NCBI RefSeq assembly: GCF_006345805.1
Contig: NW_021832676.1
Coordinates: forward strand, 1 to 30,124
DNA from: Octopus sinensis
Taxonomy: Eukaryota
Direction of reading: 5' to 3'
Length of the DNA: 30,124 nt
Shown here: piece after piece, positions 22,434-30,124 of the stretch
Numbering within the stretch: the stretch's first letter is position 1
Layout: the number at the start of each line of letters is the position of its first letter
Notes under the pieces: model-generated
Database searches by the model: none
What the model saw: only the letters and a program-made list of their open reading frames with translations
Told to the model about the DNA's origin: nothing
Made by a program: the position numbers and the translations under genes

Positions 22434-22733
22434 ATCTCGACTTTGTCTACATAACTTCAAACAGGTAACTCAGAGAACCATTGTTCATCCATTAAAAAGC
22501 TATCAAAGTGAGAAAGAGTCGGTATAACTGCAAGTGACAATAATAAGTACAACGATATATAATTCAAACTTACCTTATCGGAAGTGTGATTAAACAACCG
22601 CCAACAGAACTTTGTAATCAGACATGTTGATTTGTTCATAATTTCGATCTAGATGAAGTAATAAATTTGTTATTTATTTTAAGGATGCAATGGAAGGAAG
22701 TATGTTACAATAGAAGTAGTATTTAAACAAGGA

Positions 22734-22900
22734 TGTTCTTTTAGAACAAACTATACTGCTGTAGATACAATGAGAGAAACACTCACATTGGCTTTTGGTG
22801 CAAAATGCATTCTTGTTTATATCGCTAGCGGGGAGATAAATTCGCGACACCTCTAGTGCCGAAACCACCAAATCGCGTGGTTTCGACCTTCTTTAGTCTT
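22734..22900 (+). repeat. ~165-bp direct repeat, copy 1
   Basis: Colinear with 23350-23516; 31 identical nt TCTTGTTTATATCGCTAGCGGGGAGATAAAT at 22811 and 23427. Confidence 0.85.
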
Positions 22901-23349
22901 GTCAATGATGGAAACTCGACCGCTAGAGTTAGTAGTATTTTTATTATGATCATGATGATCTTATATAGAATTTGACAATACTGTACAAACAAAAGACAAA
23001 AATGTTACATGAGTTCGAATGATATAAATATTAAAAATTTACTCAAAAAGTATTTTATATATCGTTTAAATTTTCCTTTTACTAGAACTTTATTTTAAAA
23101 TAAAACTAAATCAAAGAAAAAAAAACGAACAAAAAGGTTAAAGGATCGAACCCGGCAGCCTATAAAAGCCCAGCAACGATCTTTTCCTTTCCTCAATGAT
23201 TAAGCTGAGTTACTAACACCCACCTTCTCATCACATCCTTCCATCGTTTCTAGTATTCTTTCTCCAGTGAACTCGTTAAAAATATATATATTGGCGACAG
23301 AAGCAGTATTGATACCGAGAAGTAATATTTATCCCCATTTAAACGCGGT

Positions 23350-23516
23350 TGTTCTGTTATAACAAACTATAAAGCGGTAGATACTATGAAAGAAACCCTC
23401 ATATTGGCTTTTGATACAAAATGTACTCTTGTTTATATCGCTAGCGGGGAGATAAATCCCCGCCATCCCTAGCGCCAAGACCACCAAATCACGTGCTTTC
23501 GACCTTCGTTGATCTT
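23350..23516 (+). repeat. ~165-bp direct repeat, copy 2
   Basis: Offset 616 bp from copy 1. Confidence 0.85.
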
Positions 23517-23534
23517 TTTAATAGAAGTTCGGAC

Positions 23535-23625
23535 ATGGAAGTGGACATTTTCAGAGCAGAGATATTAAATTCAGAAAAACGTCGGTGTATTGTGGTAACA
23601 GCGAAAGGGCACACATTCTGTAACT
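23535..23625 (+). CDS. Candidate first coding exon, unidentified
   Basis: GACATGG start context; open MEVDIFRAEILNSEKRRCIVVTAKGHTFCN; donor ACT|GTAAGT. Confidence 0.2.
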
Positions 23626-24059
23626 GTAAGTACATACATTACCACCATTGGTGCCATCAGCAGTAATGACTAAAGCCGTCATGTTCCTCCTCTGATGATG
23701 GTTATAATCATCATTCGGCTGGTATTTCTAGCATGCCGATCGAGCACGTAAAGGTCTTCGCATCGGTTCAAAGAAAAATGGATTGAAGGCGAAGATTTCA
23801 GTCACTATCACCAACATGTACATATGTACATATCTATGTAACTATATGCACGTATGCAGCTGTGTGTATATGCGTACGTCTGTGTGTCCAAGTGTGCGAA
23901 GAGATAAAGAGAGACTGGTACGAAGTGGATGTTTATGTATATGCTTGTATTCTTGTATATCTTTTTCCATCTCGCCCCTCTCTCCGTCTATCTGTCTGTC
24001 TGTCTGTATGTCTCTCTCTCTCTCTTCTGTCCATGTCTATGTTTGACTAACTCTCACTT

Positions 24060-24130
24060 TCTATCTATCTATCTATCTATCTATCAATCTATCTATCTAT
24101 CTATCTATCAATCTATCTATCTATCTATCA

Positions 24131-24213
<83 letters not shown>

Positions 24214-24255
24214 CATCCATCCATCCATCCATCTATCTATCTGTTTGTCTGTCTG

Positions 24256-24312
<57 letters not shown>

Positions 24313-24331
24313 TTCTCTCTCTCTCCCTCTG

Positions 24332-24372
<41 letters not shown>

Positions 24373-24417
24373 CCATCCATCCATCCATCTATCTATCTGT
24401 TTGTCTGTCTGTCTGTC
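24060..24417. repeat. (CTAT)n/(CCAT)n/(CTGT)n/(CT)n compound array with an internally duplicated block
   Basis: The CCAT-CTAT-CTGTTTGTCTGTCTGT block appears at ~24210-24260 and again at ~24370-24417. Confidence 0.9.
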
Positions 24418-24754
24418 TACATTTATCCGAGTATTTATGCATTTGTGTATTCGTTTGGGTGTGTATGCACATATACACATACATGTGAGAAATTTTGTTG
24501 TTGTTGTGTGTGTACGAGAGAGAGAGAGAGAGAGAGAAAGGCAGAGAGTAAGAGTACGAGAAAGGAAGGAAGTAAACGAAATTGTAGGGGAAGCTGTGAG
24601 AATAAGGAGGCAGTGAAAAAATGAAAAGTTTTGAGACACGAAGTCACAACATGGTGGGAAGATGAGGAAAGAGAAAAAAGGGAAAGAGTGGAGAGCGTGT
24701 GAGAGTAGAACACAAGAGAGGTTTAAAGGTACTGTTTCGTGTTGGTGAGCGTGA

Positions 24755-25090
24755 GGTGGTGGTGGTGGTGGTGGTGGTGGTGGTGGTGGTTATGATGGTG
24801 GTGGTTATGGTGGTGGTGGTGGTGGTGGGTTGGTGGTGGTGGTGGTGGTGGTGGTGGTGGTTATGATGGTGGTGGTTATGGTGGTGGTGGTGGTGGTGGT
24901 GGTGGTGGTGGTGATGGTGATGGTGATGGTGGTGGTGATGGTGGTGGTGGTGGTGATGGTGGTGGTTATGGTGGTGATGGTGCTGGTGCCGGTGGTGATG
25001 GTGATGGTGGTAGACGTGCCAGTGCTGATGGCGGGTGGTAGTGCTGGTGGTGCTGGTAGTGCTAGTAGTGCTGGTGGTGGAGCTGGCGCT
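24755..25090. repeat. (GGT)n array with TAT/GAT/GCT interruptions
   Basis: Directly visible; poly-His and poly-Val ORFs are artefacts. Confidence 0.95.
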
Positions 25091-25099
25091 GGTGAACCT

Positions 25100-25330
25100 A
25101 CTTGCCATCACCTTTCAGCAATGCTGTCATACACAGATGATACTACTCCGTTTTTCCTCAGCTTTCCTACGCAACCTAAACACCTCAGCTAAATCTGCAC
25201 TGACCCATAAACCAGATCCCTCGAAAACATCTTCAAACGGGGGTCACGTCATCAGTGCAAAAAAAAGACACATTTACTTACATATCAAGAAAAGCTCAAT
25301 CGCGCTCCCATCTCAGACCTAAACATAAAC
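25100..25330 (+). pseudogene. CR1/L2-like LINE reverse-transcriptase fragment
   Basis: HLSAMLSYTDDTT (YADD-like motif), then after a frameshift INQ.LENIFKRG...KKKTHLL, resembling the IN.DL..I..WG..N...FN..KT segment of this RT group. Confidence 0.55.
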
Positions 25331-25395
25331 TTGCATGCAAGTGAAACTCTTGCAAGGATACATCGTCTCTGATAACACTATATAATACGATTTTA

Positions 25396-25811
25396 AGGCA
25401 GCGAGCTGGAAGAAACGTTAGCGCGCCGGGCGAAATGCTTAGTGGTATTTCGCCTGTCATTACGTTCTGAGTTCAAATTCCGCCGAGATAGACTTTGCCT
25501 TTCATTCTTTCGGTGTCGATAAATAAAGTACAAGTTTCGCACTGGGGTCGATGTAATTGACTTAATACCTATGTCTGTCCTTGTGTGTCCGCTCTGTGTT
25601 TAGCCCCTTGTGGGTAAAAAAGAAATAGGTATTTCGCCTGTCGTTACGTTCTGAGTTCAAATTCCGCCGAGATTGACTTTGCCTTTCATCCTTTCGGGGT
25701 CGATAAATAAAGTACCAGTTTCGCACTGGGTTGATGTAATCGACTTAATCCCTTTGTCTGTCCCTGTTTGTCCCCTCTATGTTTACCCCCTTGTGGGTAG
25801 TAAAGAAATAT
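25396..25811 (+). mobile_element. SINE family B dimer: head plus two 184-bp units
   Basis: Units start at GGTATTTCGCCTGTC at 25444 and 25628; both end ...GTGGGTA(A/G)TAAAGAAATA-like. Confidence 0.85.
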
Positions 25812-25924
25812 AAATAATACGATTTTTGTCCTTGGGTAGCAACTGTTATTTCCTATTTGCTTACTCCTAGGAAGTATGAAAAATGGTTAATATTCCCTAC
25901 AATTTTTGCTTTTCTTACATTTAT

Positions 25925-26070
25925 TCAACCCCCAGAAAAATCCCTCTCAACATATGGCTATGATGCTCCCCCACTATTCCTGTTCATGATTAGAGATGCA
26001 CATATTGTCAGCTACTAAGGGACATGCTCAAGAGATTAAAGTCAAACAAATGACAGGCAGAATATTTGCT
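25925..26070 (-). mobile_element. Old internal fragment of the ~550-bp (AAT)n-tailed retroposon
   Basis: ATCCCTCTCAACATATGGCTATGATGCTCCCCCACTA...CTAAGGGACATGCTCAA matches the middle of copies 1-3, with deletions. Confidence 0.75.
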
Positions 26071-26362
26071 ATAACGATATTTCTGCTTCAGCAAATGAGC
26101 GTTGAATCTGTCTGAAGTGTAATGGAAAATATGTCAGCTTCAAAACATCGATGTCCAGGTAAAAAAATTTTTTAAAAGTTTGAAGGGAATAGTAGTCATT
26201 TCGTTTGATTTCTAGATAGAAGCAAATAGGAAATGGCACTTACTGACCAAAGACAAAAAAAAAAAGAAATTAAATTTGGTTACACAGTGTAATCTCCACA
26301 GCACTAGTGACATCTCTAAGCCCTATTACAACAAAAAACACGAATGTTTAATATCACTTCAG

Positions 26363-26495
26363 GCAGCATTCGAAGTGTAGAACTGAGACAACGGGGCGTG
26401 ATTGTTTAGACGCTAGCAGTTTCACACAGCTAATTGGACAACGTACCTGCTTTGGTGATGATATTTTTTGTGACAATAACTTTTTGACACTGGAG
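26363..26495 (+). CDS. Candidate internal coding exon, Cys-rich, unidentified
   Basis: Acceptor ATCACTTCAG|G and donor GAG|GTAAGC; the 133 nt read as 1 nt + QHSKCRTETTGRDCLDASSFTQLIGQRTCFGDDIFCDNNFLTLE; non-repeat sequence. Confidence 0.35.
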
Positions 26496-26697
26496 GTAAG
26501 CATGCACATGCACACATATGCATAAAATAACACAGTCAGATAAAAACGTACATACATACATACGTACGTACGTACAGACAGACAGAGACTGAGAGATGAA
26601 TTTTGTAGCAATGGGAATCCTTTATTACGTCCTTTTTTTTCTTTTTCTTTCTCTCTCACTGATTTTTCTGCTCACACCACCAATATTTAAATTCATT

Positions 26698-26776
26698 AAG
26701 GCGGCGAGCTGGCAGAAACGTTAGCACGTTGGGCAAAATGCGTAGCCGAAATTTGATCTGCCGTTACGTTCTGAGT

Positions 26777-26778
<2 letters not shown>
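26698..26778 (+). mobile_element. SINE family B head only, running into (TATC)n
   Basis: AAGGCGGCGAGCTGGCAGAAACGTTAGCACG...GTTCTGAGTTC then TATC repeats. Confidence 0.75.
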
Positions 26779-27213
<435 letters not shown>

Positions 27214-27214
<1 letters not shown>

Positions 27215-27393
27215 GGCTTAGATTTTCCTTTGGGGCTGGCCAGGTCGGAACAATCTCAAGATTAATCAGCCGAAATTGCGAAGATGATCCGGTTCTTGAC
27301 TGAAGATTGAAGGCTTCGAATGTCTCGTCCCTGTTTTTTGTGTCGTCTTCTAAATGTTTCACGTTCTTGTCCCAGTTTGAATTTTTTACTTTT
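27214..27393 (+). mobile_element. Probable Penelope-like 3' end with degenerate hammerhead-like core, between (TA)n tracts
   Basis: GA-CTGAAGA-TTGAAGGCTTC-GAATGTC-TC at 27298-27326, followed by a T-rich tail. Confidence 0.35.
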
Positions 27394-27674
27394 ACATATA
27401 TATATATATATATATACACGTATACACATGTATAGATACATAAATATGGATGTGTATGTGCGTGCGGCCCGACGGACGTATGTGTGTGTGTGTGCCTATG
27501 TAGAGAAGTATATCGCTTTCAAAAATGATAGGTGATATCTGGTTGCAATTCTTGTCAAATATTCTAGTTAACCCGTTGCTACATTATCTGTAGGGTAGCT
27601 TACCTCGTCTCTTTATAACGCCAGTGTCCTATTAACTGAGATACTGCAGTAGTGGTTAGCTTAGGAAATTGGTG

Positions 27675-28055
27675 ATGAAAGAGAAGGGGGGCGATGAGGG
27701 AGAGAAGGAGGAGGGAGAGGAAGGAGGGGAGAGGATGGAAGAGGGAGAAAAAGGAGGAGGGAGAGGATTGAGGAGGTGGAGGAGGAATTGAATAAGGGAG
27801 GACAAGAAGGAGGGAGAAAAAGAGGGAGTGCAGGCGGAGATAAATATAAAGAATGAGAAGAAAAATTAGAAATGATGATGAAGAACAAGAAGATGGTGAT
27901 GATGGAAGAGAATGCGGAGGGTAGGAGGAGGAGCAAGAGGAGCAGGAGCAGAAGATGAAGAAGGAGGAGGAAGAAGACAAGGAGATGAATATGAAGAATG
28001 AGAAGAAAAATAAGAAGAAAAAGAAGAGCTACAACAACAACAACATCAACAACAG
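27675..28055. repeat. Polypurine (GGA/GAA/GA) low-complexity tract ending in (AAC)n
   Basis: Strong purine strand bias; Ser/Pro/Leu and Lys/Glu ORFs are artefacts. Confidence 0.85.
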
Positions 28056-28244
28056 ATATATTAAAATAGAAATCAATACAAGGAATTGCTCCCCTATCAT
28101 ACAATTTCAAGAACGAAAACTCTTAAAAATAAACTCTTTCGCCTCCCCACCTTCTCCCCATCCCACGAACAGATAACAAAAAACCTGACACTTAGACGAC
28201 GTCCGTCTGTTTAACTGTACTCTGTGACCCCAACTTACATATAT

Positions 28245-28281
<37 letters not shown>

Positions 28282-28330
28282 CTCTCTCTGTATATATATA
28301 TATATATCTTTCTTTCTTTCTTTCTTTCTT

Positions 28331-28362
<32 letters not shown>

Positions 28363-28585
28363 CTAGCGATCTGTCTGTCGATCAGTCGGTCCGCCTGTTT
28401 GTTTATATATATATGCATGTAAGTGCATTTATATATATATGCGTCTATATATGCATGTATGTATGTATGTACGTATGTTTGTTTGTATGTATGTATGTAT
28501 GTATGTATATGTACGTGTATGTATATACATGTGTGTATGCGTGTGCATCGCTCTCTCTAATTCTCTTTCTCTGTATATATATATA

Positions 28586-28616
<31 letters not shown>

Positions 28617-28646
28617 TACACACACACGCATACACATATATATATG

Positions 28647-28792
28647 TGTTTACGTCCCCGTAATTTGGCGGTTCGGCAAAAGAGACCGATAGAATACTAG
28701 GCTTACAAAGAATAAGTCCTGGGGTCGATTAGTTCGAGTAAAGGCGATGCTCCAGCATGGCCACAGTCAAATGACTGAAACGAAAGAACAAA
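28647..28792 (+). mobile_element. SINE family C 3' half
   Basis: GTTTACGTCCCCGT...GCGGTTCGGCAAAAGA...CAGCATGGCCACAGTCAAATGACTGAAAC is the reverse complement of 22040-22180. Confidence 0.8.
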
Positions 28793-29529
28793 AATATTAT
28801 ATATATATATATATATATTGCGTTCAAGTGTATTCGGACATGAACAGACCGCTCGGTATGCGTATCTGAAGAAGCGCAACAACGCAGAAACGCATGTGTC
28901 CAACTCTCCGGTGACGTCCTTTATCACTTAATGGTGCATTTGCACCCATATTTTACAAAACTATATTTCGTTCAGCGCTGCTTAGTGCGCAATAATATAC
29001 TTAATACGTGAATGTGTGTGAATGTGCATGTCAGCGCTTTATATATATGTGTGTGCGTGTGTGTGTGTGAGTCCGCGCACGTGTATGTATGTATGTACGT
29101 ACGCATGCATGTATGTATCCATATATGTATGTATGTATGTATGTATGCATGTATGCATAGATGAATGGATGCATGCATGCATGCATATAATTTTTCAAGG
29201 AGTTTGTTGTATTCCGTGCCTAGTTACAAGACTACACCTCTTATGATGGAACTATATTATATGGGTTCTTGCATTTTGTTGGCCTCAGTGTTCTAATATT
29301 TGTTTCTTTCTAACCCCTATCACCTCAGTGATATTTGAAATCAGAGAAGTGGTGAGCTGAAAGTCATCGGACTTAAAAAGTGCCGAAACTATGCTAATGC
29401 TAGCTCCCACAGCTGATGCGGGCTTTTCTGTTCAATTATCTACTTCCGTTAATCGATTCCATGTCACACTTTGGTTTTTACTACATACATTTCTAGTGTA
29501 CACAGCATTCTGTTAAGGGTCATCTATAA

Positions 29530-29885
29530 ACGTTTTCCATTCTCGCTGTGACCACTTTATTCCTCCTCTTCGCAAACTATTCCTCTCTTTCACTTTGTCT
29601 TTCTGGTGATCACTGCCATTTACTCTTTTCTTTTACTTCTATTCATCTTTCTTTCCATCTCGCTATCACGTTTTCTGTTTCCAAGCTCCTTGTTGTCAGC
29701 TGCTGTTGTTGCAGCCGGATCGGATCCAACATTATCTTCTTTCTTTCTGTATTTCTTTCGGTGGACGCCGTCCAGATTGCACATTCTTAAACTCCTGCCC
29801 TTCCTTCATCGTTGTATTGCGACCAATATCATATTCTTAGTTTCCTCCGGTACAATTATTCTTTTCAGTTCCCAGTCGGAAAACT
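29530..29885 (-). pseudogene. Possible decayed L1/Tx1-type ORF1 remnant
   Basis: Minus frame WELKRIIVPEETKNMILVAIQR*RKGRSLRMCNLDGVHRKKY... resembles a degenerate zinc knuckle followed by a basic low-complexity tail; several in-frame stops. Confidence 0.3.
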
Positions 29886-30024
29886 AAAATTGTATTTATT
29901 GAATTGTGTAACAAGCGTCTGTAAATAATTTTCCGATTCAATCGTACTTTGTTTCCTTCAATGTCCCAAGACTTTTTTCGCTATACCATCTCACTGTTGT
30001 TTACGATCGCTCATGTAGTACCTA

Positions 30025-30124
30025 TTTCTTTATTACCCACAAGGGCCCAAACACAGAGGGGACAAACAAGGACAGACATAGGTATTAAGTCTATTACATC
30101 GACCCCCAGTGCGTAACTAGTACT
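30025..30124 (-). mobile_element. SINE family B 3' tail, cut by the window edge
   Basis: Reverse complement of ...CACTGGGGGTCGATGTAATAGACTTAATACC...CCCTTGTGGGTAATAAAGAAA. Confidence 0.8.

Noticed and set aside
24644-25111. 155-aa poly-His/poly-Thr ORF
   Set aside because: Reverse translation of the (GGT)n array; no non-repetitive domain or splice support.
28858-28897. AUGCGU-A-U-CUGAAGA-AGCG(CAACAA)CGC-A-GAAACGCAU hammerhead-like match
   Set aside because: No stem I is possible; in the alternative type I register position 17 is G.

Overview
Eukaryotic, AT-rich and extremely repeat-dense DNA. The repeat families (tRNA-headed SINEs beginning GGCGGCGAGCTGGCAGAAACGTTAGC or AGGCGCAGGAGTGGC, plus abundant (TA)n, (TACA)n, (TATC)n and (TAT)n arrays) match what I recognise from Octopus genomes; this assignment rests on recognition, not a search. 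The window looks intronic or intergenic. Almost all ORFs in the track are microsatellite translation artefacts, and no intact protein-coding gene can be supported. Real coding remnants are two mariner fragments, one maT-like Tc1/mariner fragment, two R4/Dong-type LINE C-terminal endonuclease fragments and one CR1/L2-like RT fragment. Most notable: (i) a 2.3-kb pile-up at 8360-10705 of five same-orientation retroposed inserts, each embedded in (TAT)n, one of them an R4/Dong-like LINE end, suggesting a microsatellite-targeting LINE plus a ~550-bp non-autonomous partner; (ii) a ~450-bp foldback element, a second palindrome and a non-autonomous Helitron clustered in (TA)n tracts at 17.9-20.4 kb; (iii) several Penelope-type minimal hammerhead-like motifs, each with a core substitution; (iv) a SINE that multimerises in 184-bp units; (v) a few orphan candidate exons and a duplicated, possibly regulatory ~165-bp block.
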